A stretch of DNA of 64,000 bases from the IMG/VR virus record IMGVR_UViG_3300046798_000096, positions 4,483-68,482 of that record; one strand, written 5' to 3'. Below the pieces are notes generated by a model. That model was not told the origin of the DNA. It ran no database searches and saw only the letters and a program-made list of their open reading frames with translations. Positions 26,619-35,252 of this stretch are shown here, in pieces (the stretch's first letter is position 1; every line of letters begins with the position of its first letter). Origin of the DNA: a virus. A program made the translations under genes and the position numbers.

Positions 26619-27455
26619 ATGCGATATTTGATTCTGGCGGTTCTGTTTGCGTTGGGCTGCTCCGGCGAGTACGACGACGAAGGCGCGATGGGTGAGGACG
26701 ACATCGGCCAGGCCGAGCAGGCTCTCGGTATCCAAGGCAACGGCGCTGCGGGTTGGACGATGGGTGTCATCAGAAACAAGTCTCCCGCGCTGTCGTCCTG
26801 CACTCTAGCCCAGGCGACGAGCGCAGAGTGCATCCTCCCGCGCAACCGCGTCATGAACTACTGCATTGCTATGCTACCGGCCTTCGGTGGATTCACCAAT
26901 GCGACCGAGGTCGGTGAAGTGCGCGCGGCGCTGGCGCCGAACGTGGCGGCCATCAACGCGCAAGTAAACGCATTCGGTGACCCGTCCACCAACTGGGTGC
27001 TGACGGTCTCGCCGAGCGGGGCTACTTGCCCACCCGTGGACATTACACATACGACGATCGTCAAGTTCTCTGTGCCTGGCTCTGGCAGCAACAATCTGTC
27101 GGACTACCTGTCTGTAAGCCTGTCCCCGCTGTTGCAAGCGCCGTTGACGGAGAACCCGGCGGGATACAACGGGAGCGCGTACGTCAACCAAGGCTCGTCC
27201 TTCACCATTGACCTTGCCGACGTGCACGCCAAGAACTCGCCCTTCTTGCTTCAGCAAGCGTGCGCAAAGGGAGCGCTAGCGGTCATCGGCGTTGGGGCTA
27301 CCGGAGCCAACACCGGCTTTGCAACTGCCGCCACGATCCAGACGGGCGGATTCGCGGAGATGACTGCTGGCCAGGCATGCCGGCTCGACAAATACACGAC
27401 GATTGGCTCGACTACGCTGGACTGGTCCTCGTCCAGCACCTGCGCGAACAACTAA
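26619..27455 (+). CDS. Lipoprotein, catalytically dead metzincin-like paralogue
   Basis: Lipobox LALGC, acidic linker, DIGQAEQAL; KGALAVIGVGA aligns with the neighbour's HEGLHMLGFGH. Confidence 0.7.
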   Translation: MRYLILAVLFALGCSGEYDDEGAMGEDDIGQAEQALGIQGNGAAGWTMGVIRNKSPALSSCTLAQATSAECILPRNRVMNYCIAMLPAFGGFTNATEVGEVRAALAPNVAAINAQVNAFGDPSTNWVLTVSPSGATCPPVDITHTTIVKFSVPGSGSNNLSDYLSVSLSPLLQAPLTENPAGYNGSAYVNQGSSFTIDLADVHAKNSPFLLQQACAKGALAVIGVGATGANTGFATAATIQTGGFAEMTAGQACRLDKYTTIGSTTLDWSSSSTCANN

Positions 27456-27462
27456 CGACTCG

Positions 27463-27476
27463 GCCCTTCGGGGCCC
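27463..27476 (+). terminator. UUCG-capped hairpin between the lipoprotein genes
   Basis: GGCCC-TTCG-GGGCC right after the stop; no U-tract, so it may be a stabiliser. Confidence 0.4.
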
Positions 27477-27594
27477 CCGCATGCGCGCCGCTGAAAACTC
27501 GACCGGGTCGACGTCTGCAGACGTTCCGGGGAAGGTACCGCAAGGGGCGGCGCGCAGTCGGAGGCCAAGCAGGCACTCAGAAAGTGAATCATCG

Positions 27595-28596
27595 ATGAAA
27601 CTGAACATGCTATTTATTGCAGCGCTGCTGGTTGGGTGCGGCGCTGCATACGAGGCGGATCCGGACGACTCCGGCGGCTGGACGTATATCGACGGCACAG
27701 CGGAGAGCTACGAGAACGCTCCAAACATTCCGGCGTTCCAAGACCCTGACTGGGTAGAGGGGGACATCGGTCAGACGACGCAAGCGTGGTCGAGTAAAAA
27801 GTTCCACGGGGACGCGGCAGGGCTCACTTGCTACGGACCGGCCAGCGCCGGAAAAGTGTGCATATTCCCCCCGTTCAAGCAGGCCAACGTCACGACTCCA
27901 AACTGGAGCGCAGACACTGCGTCAAGCAATTGCGCGACCCAGCGGGCGAACCTGCTGGCGTTCGGTGGCACACAGGCCGAATTCGATCTCACCAAAGACG
28001 CATACGTCGCAGGCATGGCGACCCTGAACGGCATCGGGACAGGTGTCGTGGTGCATGTCAACAACGCCTCCGGAACGAACATGACTCTGCCAATCCGGTG
28101 CGCCAACTTGTTCCCAGCTCTTGGCGTTTTTGCTGAGGCAAGCGTGGCCAATCAGGTGCACGTCCAGTTACCTGCATTCCAAGGTATCGATCCTCTGTAT
28201 GCCCGCCAGTATGTAGTGTCCGGCGCGGGCACAAGCGCGCACCAGATCGATATCGTGTCTATCTGGGATTTCGTCACTAGGCCGACCGGTGGGAGCAATC
28301 CCGGCTGCGGCCTACCGCCAGGCAATAACCGAAACCTGAAACTGGCCGAGGTAGCGACATACGTCGGCAAGCACGAAGGTTTGCACATGCTCGGCTTTGG
28401 GCACTTCGCTGAGGGCATCATGTCCGTCGTCGAGTGCAATGTCGGCACACACGGGCCCACGGGTAAAAAGGTCCTCGATTCCGTGGTTCCGCCCGGATTC
28501 GGGGAAGCCCTGAGCAATTACAACGGCAGCGCGTCCGGCGGGGTATCCATCACCGTGAACAGCTCAGACCCGCTCGATAGCTGGGGCCCTTTCTAG
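27595..28596 (+). CDS. Lipoprotein zinc metalloprotease (metzincin/matrixin-like)
   Basis: Lipobox LLVGC, DIGQTTQAW, extended zinc motif HEGLHMLGFGH (28372-28404) and Met-turn GIMS. Confidence 0.8.
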   Translation: MKLNMLFIAALLVGCGAAYEADPDDSGGWTYIDGTAESYENAPNIPAFQDPDWVEGDIGQTTQAWSSKKFHGDAAGLTCYGPASAGKVCIFPPFKQANVTTPNWSADTASSNCATQRANLLAFGGTQAEFDLTKDAYVAGMATLNGIGTGVVVHVNNASGTNMTLPIRCANLFPALGVFAEASVANQVHVQLPAFQGIDPLYARQYVVSGAGTSAHQIDIVSIWDFVTRPTGGSNPGCGLPPGNNRNLKLAEVATYVGKHEGLHMLGFGHFAEGIMSVVECNVGTHGPTGKKVLDSVVPPGFGEALSNYNGSASGGVSITVNSSDPLDSWGPF

Positions 28597-28598
28597 GA

Positions 28599-28928
28599 TC
28601 AGGGAATCGCTGGGAAGCCAGTAGTACGTACGTGGAACATGGTGTCCTCGTCGCTCTCTTGAGCGGCCTTCACCACACCCTGGCCTAGCCAGTGCCACGA
28701 GTAGTAGCCCCCTGCGATGGTGATCGGCACCCTCGCAGTGAACACCCCTACGGAGTCGTTGACCACGTTGGTTCCTGGCACTGCCAGTGTCCACGTGTCA
28801 GACACAACGATTCCGTCGGGGCCGGTGTAGCGGAAGATGACCGGATCAGGGTTCTTCAGCACGCCCTCTTCATCGCGAAAGGTGGCGGTCAGCACCTTCT
28901 CATCGCCGACGTCACACTCAATCGCCAT
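28599..28928 (-). CDS. Small virion structural protein (BppU-N/Ig-like)
   Basis: VGDEKVLTATFRD..G.L..PDPV.F....PDG pattern; last gene of the decoration cassette. Confidence 0.55.
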   Translation of the reverse strand: MAIECDVGDEKVLTATFRDEEGVLKNPDPVIFRYTGPDGIVVSDTWTLAVPGTNVVNDSVGVFTARVPITIAGGYYSWHWLGQGVVKAAQESDEDTMFHVRTTGFPAIP

Positions 28929-31900
28929 TGTTCGCCTCCACTACTACAGTAACATCTGCAGAGCCAACAGTCACGTTGAGCAGCAACGCTACCACGGTCA
29001 GCACGCTGACCGCGGCACCCAAAATTGACACAGCGAGCGAAGCTCCCTCCCTGGGCTCGACGACAAGCTCCGGTCCACCGACAGTGACCACGGCGGATGG
29101 ATCGACGAGGGCAAGCCCAGCGTGGCCTGAGCCGCTGCCGGTGAAGGGGATGCCGGTCAGCGCCAGGGTCGCTTCGTACAGGTTGATGGCGGTGCCTGAG
29201 CCGCTGCCGGTGAAGGGCACCCCGGTGAGCGCGAGGGTGCACGAGACCTGGGAGGCAATGCCGGCTCCAGACCCAGTGAATGGCACGCCTGTCAAGGCTA
29301 AAGTGCCAGTGAGCTTCGCGACGCCCACACCGCTGCCGGCGAAGGGAACACCCGTCAGGGCCAGGCTGGCGGCGAGCTTCGCGACGCCAGTGCCGCTGCC
29401 GGCGAAGGGAACACCCGTCAGCCCCAGCGTGCCGAACGTGCTTGCCTGCCCCGTTCCTGCCCCGGCAAACGGTACGCCTGTCGTCGCCAGGGTGCCTTCG
29501 ACCTTGGCGACGCCAGCGCCCGAGCCGGTGAAGGGCACCCCCGTCAGCGCGAGGTTGGCTGTGGGGTTGTTCGAGGCTGACCCGACCCCCGAGCCGGTAA
29601 ACGGTACGCCGGTCAGCGCCAGGTCAGCGGCGAAGGTGCCCCGACCGACCCCCGAGCCGGTGAACGGTACGCCGGTCAGCGCGAGACTGGCGTCGAGCTT
29701 CGCGACGCCAGTGCCGAGGCCCGTGAAGGGCACGCCTGTCAGCGCGACAGTGGCCTCCACCTTGGCGGTGCCCGTGCCCGCGCCCGTGAACGGCACCCCC
29801 ATCAGCGCGAGCGTACCAGCCACCTTGGCGGCGCCTGTGCCCGCCCCGGTGAAGGGCACGCCGGTCAGCGCGAGACTGGCGTCGAGTTTCGCGACGCCAG
29901 TGCCAGAGCCCGTGAACGGAACGCCCGTGAGCGCGAGGGTCGCCTGGTTCTTCGCGACGCCCGAGCCGGCACCGGTGAAGGGCACACCCGTCAAGCCCAG
30001 GGTGCCGAGCACGCTGTTGACGCCGGTGCCTGCTCCGGTGAAGGGTACGCCGGTCAGCGCCATCGTCGCGGCGAAGGTGCCACGCCCGACGCCGGTACCG
30101 GTGAAGGGTACGCCGGTCAGCGCCAGGCTGGCGTCGAGCTTCGCGACGCCAGTGCCAGAGCCAGTGAAGGGCACGCCCGTCAGAGCCATGGTCGCTGCGA
30201 CCTTGGCTGTGCCCGTACCGCTGCCAGTGAAGGGCACGCTCGTCAGCGCTGCTGTAGCTTCGATCTTCGCAACGCCAGTGCCCGAGCCAGTGAAGGGAAC
30301 GCCCGTCAGCGCTGCAGTTCCGTCTACCGATCCTGCACCACCCGATGCAGGTCGCAGTGCGATGGTGATGGAGCCGTGCGAAGCATTGGTATTGGTGGTG
30401 TAGACACCAGGGTTCTCTGCACCTGCAGAGGTGAGTGCCTTGTAGCAGACAGTAGCTCTGCTGCCGTTGTCAGCACCACCACCAGAGTTAGTGTCTACAG
30501 TACCAATAGGGTCTGTGTAGCCAGACGACTTGACTAGCGTACCAGTATCACCATCCATAAAGCCGATCGCAACGATCATGCAATTGGGTGTGACAGTGGT
30601 GATGCTTGCTGGATCTGGTGGAGCTGCTGTACCACTGGAGGTTGTAGCAGTGGTATCGATAGGCGTCGTTGTATTGACGCCACTGAAGGCCATGGACTGA
30701 GCAGTCAGGCCATAGCCAGAGCCGCTGCTAAGTCCGTTGGTGAATGTTACGGTGCTCGGGTCACCAACGATCTTGAAGCGACCGTACGCAGCGCACTCGG
30801 GCGCTGTGGTGGTGGTACCAACGACCTGCGAGCCCAGGAAGGTCCACGGTACCCCGTTGGTTGTGGGCGTGTTTGGAGTGCCATCCTGCGTGGTGGTGAT
30901 GAAGACGACGATGTAGTCGCCAACAGCAGCGAGCGGAGGCATCGTGGCTACGACGCTGGTTGCAGGAGCACCCTGCTGAACGTCGTGGTCCCAGTCGACG
31001 AAGCTGATGGTACCGAACGAGCCCGCAGTGCCTGCGCCGCTGCCGGTAAAGGGCACACCGGTGAGCGCTGCAGTGCCTGTGTTCTTCGCAACACCAGCGC
31101 CGCTGCCGGTGAACGGCACACCGGTCAGTGCTGCAGTCGCCGTGACTGCTGGGTTCAGCATCACGGTCGACATCACCTGGCGAATGGACTCGCAGGTAGA
31201 GACGACTGACGTGGAGCCGGTGGCCGTGACTTCGCGAGCCACGTTCATCATGAACGCGCCACCGGTCGGGAATGAGCACGAACCACGACCCATCGCACGC
31301 ACGCCACCGACCGTGAAGTTGGTGAAGTGCGGGTTGTTGTTCTTGTTGCTGGCGCTGAGGATCAGTGAGCCAGCAGCGTTGACAGTAACCGTCGTAGTGA
31401 CAGTGGTAGCTGCTGCAGTGTTGGCGTTGTTGACCTCATCAACGTTGGTAGCCTGGTCAGTGTTGCCGACCAGGATGGCGTTGATGTAGCACTCGCCAGT
31501 CGCGCTGAGATTGACGACGAGATTGTTCGCACCGTTGGCAGGCAGCGAAGCTTCACGCAGCGTCCACCACTCCGTGCGTGCCGTGTTCGTCGATGCAGCG
31601 GTGTTCGTGCCGTCCGTGACCAGGGCCATGGACACGCCGCCGTACGTCATCGAGCTGACGGTGGGCGCCTCGGTCATGACCGAGACCATCAAGCGACGGT
31701 TGCTACCGGCGACCTGCGTGAAGCTGTTCGTGGGCGCAGTGCCAGAAGCAGAGTAGAAGCCCGTGCTTGCCAGGATGGGCTGCAGTGGTGCAGCAGGCGC
31801 AGTGCGGATAGCTACAGTTGCAGCAAGGTAATTGTCAGACTGCGCTCGGGTAAAGGTGCCGGGGTTCTCTGAGCCAGCATTCAGACTGCGCTCACCAAAG

Positions 31901-32442
31901 CCCTGGACAACGCGATTGGTCGTTGTTGCATCGGTGGATGTCTGCAGCGAAGCGTTGGTGGTGTAGTTCGTTGGTGCAGCACTGATCGTACCTGCTGCTG
32001 CAGTGCAGTCTCCGGAGGCAATCGCCAGCCAGAGCGTATCCTCTGTTGCCCAGTCAGCAGGGTCCAAGACCGGAGGGTCTGGGTTGGTAGTGGTGGCCGT
32101 TGCTGTAGCGAACGCAGGCGGTAGGTTCGGGTCATAGCCAGTCAGGCGTAGCGTACGACCAATGAAGTTTTCTGCAGGCCCGGCTACAGAAAGCGTACCT
32201 TCGCCACCAACAGCGACTTTGTAGAAGAACGTGAGCCCTGCTCCAGAGCTGAAGGAGCTGAACAGTACGTTCCAGCCAGCGAGACCGCTGCCATAGGTCA
32301 GCGCACCGATGCCATCATTAGAGATGGCGGCGACCAGAAGCTCACCAGCGGCTATGCTCGCTGGAAGCGTAGCCGTGTACGCCCCAGCAGAGTTACCTGT
32401 GGAAGCGTTAGCGTTCCTCGCCTGAACGACGGGGAATGCCAC
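28918..32442 (-). CDS. Large fibre/adhesin-like virion protein (1174 aa) with three beta-sandwich domains and 21-aa repeats
   Basis: LPASIAAGELLVAA- and MPPLAAVGDYIVVF-type modules; 21 copies of LALTGVPFTGSGTGVAKLDAS-like units. Confidence 0.8.
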   Translation of the reverse strand: MAFPVVQARNANASTGNSAGAYTATLPASIAAGELLVAAISNDGIGALTYGSGLAGWNVLFSSFSSGAGLTFFYKVAVGGEGTLSVAGPAENFIGRTLRLTGYDPNLPPAFATATATTTNPDPPVLDPADWATEDTLWLAIASGDCTAAAGTISAAPTNYTTNASLQTSTDATTTNRVVQGFGERSLNAGSENPGTFTRAQSDNYLAATVAIRTAPAAPLQPILASTGFYSASGTAPTNSFTQVAGSNRRLMVSVMTEAPTVSSMTYGGVSMALVTDGTNTAASTNTARTEWWTLREASLPANGANNLVVNLSATGECYINAILVGNTDQATNVDEVNNANTAAATTVTTTVTVNAAGSLILSASNKNNNPHFTNFTVGGVRAMGRGSCSFPTGGAFMMNVAREVTATGSTSVVSTCESIRQVMSTVMLNPAVTATAALTGVPFTGSGAGVAKNTGTAALTGVPFTGSGAGTAGSFGTISFVDWDHDVQQGAPATSVVATMPPLAAVGDYIVVFITTTQDGTPNTPTTNGVPWTFLGSQVVGTTTTAPECAAYGRFKIVGDPSTVTFTNGLSSGSGYGLTAQSMAFSGVNTTTPIDTTATTSSGTAAPPDPASITTVTPNCMIVAIGFMDGDTGTLVKSSGYTDPIGTVDTNSGGGADNGSRATVCYKALTSAGAENPGVYTTNTNASHGSITIALRPASGGAGSVDGTAALTGVPFTGSGTGVAKIEATAALTSVPFTGSGTGTAKVAATMALTGVPFTGSGTGVAKLDASLALTGVPFTGTGVGRGTFAATMALTGVPFTGAGTGVNSVLGTLGLTGVPFTGAGSGVAKNQATLALTGVPFTGSGTGVAKLDASLALTGVPFTGAGTGAAKVAGTLALMGVPFTGAGTGTAKVEATVALTGVPFTGLGTGVAKLDASLALTGVPFTGSGVGRGTFAADLALTGVPFTGSGVGSASNNPTANLALTGVPFTGSGAGVAKVEGTLATTGVPFAGAGTGQASTFGTLGLTGVPFAGSGTGVAKLAASLALTGVPFAGSGVGVAKLTGTLALTGVPFTGSGAGIASQVSCTLALTGVPFTGSGSGTAINLYEATLALTGIPFTGSGSGHAGLALVDPSAVVTVGGPELVVEPREGASLAVSILGAAVSVLTVVALLLNVTVGSADVTVVVEANNGD
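29130..30320 (-). repeat. Coding tandem repeat, ~63-nt unit, 19 copies (two more at ~31020-31140)
   Basis: Recurrent gccggtgaagggcacgccggtcagcgc, degenerate at third codon positions. Confidence 0.9.
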
Positions 32443-32445
32443 GGA

Positions 32446-32790
32446 TTACCCCACGTCTAAAAACATAGCTGCCGCAACTTCACCTTCACTGGCATCGAAT
32501 GAAGCTGCCGAAACAGTGATCCTGTCTCCAATCCTGAAGTCAAACGTACCCAGGTGGTATTCTTTTGTGTGGTGAGGAGCCATGGACACAAACAACTGTT
32601 CCGCAAACCCACCACGGAAAAGGGTAACAGTGAACGTCATCTGCAGCCCGGTCTGAGAATTTTGACCAGCGTATGTCAGAAGACAACGAACGGCTGCAGA
32701 AAAAGTCTTGTTGAATAGAACGTTAATTAGCTCGCCGATACCCACACTGGCAGGATTAGGGGAGCCACTTGAATAGATCTCAGTTTGCAT
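32446..32790 (-). CDS. Hypothetical beta-rich virion-cassette protein
   Basis: Start MQTEIYSS with SD GAGGA; lower GC than its neighbours. Confidence 0.6.
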   Translation of the reverse strand: MQTEIYSSGSPNPASVGIGELINVLFNKTFSAAVRCLLTYAGQNSQTGLQMTFTVTLFRGGFAEQLFVSMAPHHTKEYHLGTFDFRIGDRITVSAASFDASEGEVAAAMFLDVG

Positions 32791-32798
32791 GGTCCTCG

Positions 32799-33575
32799 TT
32801 ACGACAGCGGTTGAGTGAACGTACCGGACGTGATCTGCACGAGACCAGCGGACACGATGCTCAGCGTGTTCAGCACCATCACACCAATGGAGGATGCCAC
32901 GGATGCAGCCAGCGTGAAGGAGTAGCTGGACAGAGTCACTGGCACACCGTTGGCGAAGATGTTGGTGTCGAAGTTGATGTCTTGGCCGCTGGTGCCCACC
33001 GAGCCGCGCCAGATCTCGGTGTTGCCTGATGTACGGAACCGGAACGCTGTGCACGTGCCAGATGCCGAGGCGTTGGCCGTCGGCGCTGGGCTCGTGTTCA
33101 TCGCCGCAGCTCCAGCCGAGGCTGCAGCAAACGCCGTGGCGTTCAGCGGTAGAGAGGCGAGCGGGGTGCCGAACGTCGCGTCGGTGGCGAACTGGATGTG
33201 GCCGCTGGCTCCAATCAGCGCAGTGACTGCGTTGATTGCAGCGTTCCTGGCAATCGTGTCCAGGGTGATGTCGGAACCGTCTGCAGTGAGCGACGTGTTC
33301 CCAGAGATGACCGGCGTGCCGCCGCTTTGCCGCGCTCTCCAAACAGCAGCTGTGCCAGTGTTGTCCGCGCTGGTGTCCTGCAGCGGAGTGCCGAGCAGGG
33401 TACAGACGCCGGAGCTAGCCGCCGAGAAGGCGGGGTTGGCCAGTGTGATGGTGGCGAGGATGGATGCAAACGCGGTCGTCGCAATCTGGATGTTCCCTGG
33501 ACCGGAGACATCGAGCAGGTCGACAATCGCGTCAGCTGCTGCGTTCTGAGCCGCTGCGGTGATGGTTTGGGCCAT
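32799..33575 (-). CDS. Virion structural protein with nested domain duplication
   Basis: Two copies of the (R/Q)NAA.DA...G.I...LA...L..PAF.AAS.G...A..TGTA..FR...G....G.V..G.D..L.T..I..G..V...S..T module. Confidence 0.75.
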   Translation of the reverse strand: MAQTITAAAQNAAADAIVDLLDVSGPGNIQIATTAFASILATITLANPAFSAASSGVCTLLGTPLQDTSADNTGTAAVWRARQSGGTPVISGNTSLTADGSDITLDTIARNAAINAVTALIGASGHIQFATDATFGTPLASLPLNATAFAAASAGAAAMNTSPAPTANASASGTCTAFRFRTSGNTEIWRGSVGTSGQDINFDTNIFANGVPVTLSSYSFTLAASVASSIGVMVLNTLSIVSAGLVQITSGTFTQPLS

Positions 33576-33633
33576 GCCGCCTAGGATACCCTAGGCGGCT
33601 ACTCCCAGCCACCTCTAAACACAGCCGCTGTGT

Positions 33634-33876
33634 TTAGTCGGCTTTCTTGACCTTGGCCTTCTTCTTCTTGGGCTTGGCGGTGGCCAGACCGTGATGCACC
33701 AGCACCTTGTTCCGGTGGATGGACAGGGTCTGCGTGCTCATCCCGTACTGCTCGGCTGCATCCTGAAGCGTGCATCCGGACTCGGTGAAGTACTTGAGAG
33801 CCTCGTCCTTCTCGGCCTCGGTGAACTGTCGGCGTCCCGCGGTGAGCAGCAACTTGGCTGTGGTCTGATTCAACAT
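33634..33876 (-). CDS. HTH DNA-binding protein (IS3 OrfA-like HTH) with Lys-rich tail
   Basis: RRQFTEAEKDEALKYFTESGCTLQDAAEQYGMSTQTL; SD GGAGAG. Confidence 0.65.
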   Translation of the reverse strand: MLNQTTAKLLLTAGRRQFTEAEKDEALKYFTESGCTLQDAAEQYGMSTQTLSIHRNKVLVHHGLATAKPKKKKAKVKKAD

Positions 33877-33889
33877 TTCGATTCTCTCC

Positions 33890-34738
33890 CTAGACTGAAA
33901 TATCAGCCTTGATGGCTGGATGAGGGTCGTAACCCTCAAGGTTGACATCAGCATAGGTGAAGCCATCGATGTTGTCAACCAGCGGGTTGAGTCGTAGTCG
34001 CGGAATGGGACGCGGCTCTCGGTCCAGCTGCTCCATCATTTGGTCGACGTGGTTGTTGTAGATATGAACGTCACCAAAGTTATGAATGAAGTCGCCGACC
34101 TCATAGCCACACACCTGAGCGATCATGTGTGTCAAAAGTGCATACGAGGCGATGTTGAACGGCACGCCCAGGAAGAGGTCTGCGGAGCGCTGGTGCATCA
34201 GCAGGGAAAGGCGCGGCAGCTGCGCTGGCGAGTTACCCAGCTCGACGTAGCACTGGAAGAAGCAGTGGCAGGGTGGCAGGGCCATCTGGTGCAGCTCTGC
34301 GGGGTTCCAGGCCGTGACGATGTGGCGACGGCTGTCCGGGTTCTTCTTCAGCCCTTCGATCAGCTCAGCGATCTGGTCGATGGCTTGCGCTCCCTTGTAC
34401 CGGTAATTGGCGATGTACGCATTGCGCGTGCGCTGCCAATTGCGCCACTGGGCTCCGTAGACAGGACCCAGGTCTCCGTCTTCCTTGGTCCACTCATCCC
34501 AGATGTGGACGTTTCGCTCCTGCAGCTCCTTCACGTTCGTCGAGCCACGCAGCATCCATAGCAGCTCCTCGACGATGATGCGGAACGCGAGCTTCTTCGT
34601 CGTCAGGAGAGGGAAGCCTTCCTGCAGGTCGAAGTTGATCGACTCGCCGAACAAACTCCTGGTGCCGGTACCAGTGCGGTCCTTCTTCTGGTGACCGTAG
34701 TCGAGCACGCGCTGAGCAAGGTCTAGGTATTGGTGCAT
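33890..34738 (-). CDS. thyA: Thymidylate synthase
   Basis: [52 protein letters not shown]: all canonical. Confidence 0.97.
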   Translation of the reverse strand: MHQYLDLAQRVLDYGHQKKDRTGTGTRSLFGESINFDLQEGFPLLTTKKLAFRIIVEELLWMLRGSTNVKELQERNVHIWDEWTKEDGDLGPVYGAQWRNWQRTRNAYIANYRYKGAQAIDQIAELIEGLKKNPDSRRHIVTAWNPAELHQMALPPCHCFFQCYVELGNSPAQLPRLSLLMHQRSADLFLGVPFNIASYALLTHMIAQVCGYEVGDFIHNFGDVHIYNNHVDQMMEQLDREPRPIPRLRLNPLVDNIDGFTYADVNLEGYDPHPAIKADISV

Positions 34739-34744
34739 GGCTCT

Positions 34745-34951
34745 CTATTCTCTTTCATCGACGTAGCAGATGTCGTGTACGTCAGCGAAGGACTTGCCGA
34801 CCAGGCGAAGTGCATGGTCGGCAGAGTCTCCGAAGATAGCTCGCCACACAGTGGGGTTGTCCTTCCACTGCACGAGCCACTTGCTGCCTTCATCAGACGG
34901 GCCACGCTCGGTGAGCTTCTTGCCCGCATCGATCTCTTTTTGACTGGGCAT
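34745..34951 (-). CDS. Hypothetical protein
   Basis: Small ORF in a coupled run. Confidence 0.5.
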   Translation of the reverse strand: MPSQKEIDAGKKLTERGPSDEGSKWLVQWKDNPTVWRAIFGDSADHALRLVGKSFADVHDICYVDERE

Positions 34952-34994
34952 AGGTTTGCTCCCCCAACGTTTGATGTACCTGCGGCTGGCCAAC

Positions 34995-35252
34995 TCAGTT
35001 CGGGTTGGGAACTGCCGCGTTGAAGTTCTTGATGTCGCGCTCGACCTGCAGCTTCTGCAGCCCGAGGATGATCTCATTGGCGCGCGTGGCCTGCTCGCGG
35101 TGCGCCGCCTGGGCTCGGATGTCACGCGCCTGAGCTTCGAGCAGCTCTGCCTTCGCGTTGCATTCACGCACCGTTGCTTCATACAAGGTGCTGCCCTCGG
35201 TCTGATCCTTACGAGCAACACGCTCGTCGTCCTTGTGATTGGTTTCGCTCAC
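34995..35252 (-). CDS. Coiled-coil hypothetical protein
   Basis: GTGA-coupled to the Fis-like gene. Confidence 0.55.
   Translation of the reverse strand: MSETNHKDDERVARKDQTEGSTLYEATVRECNAKAELLEAQARDIRAQAAHREQATRANEIILGLQKLQVERDIKNFNAAVPNPN

Noticed and set aside
29130-30320. Possible CRISPR array
   Set aside because: Units are contiguous 63-nt coding repeats degenerate at third codon positions; no unique spacers and no cas genes.
28928-30403. 491-aa plus-strand ORF with PVKGTPVSA repeats
   Set aside because: Mirror frame of the LALTGVPFTG repeat in the real minus-strand gene.
33634-33876. IS3-family insertion sequence
   Set aside because: Only an OrfA-like HTH; no DDE transposase and no terminal inverted repeats.
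33890-34738. dUMP/dCMP hydroxymethylase for base hypermodification
   Set aside because: Sequence is canonical ThyA throughout, and partner modification enzymes are absent.
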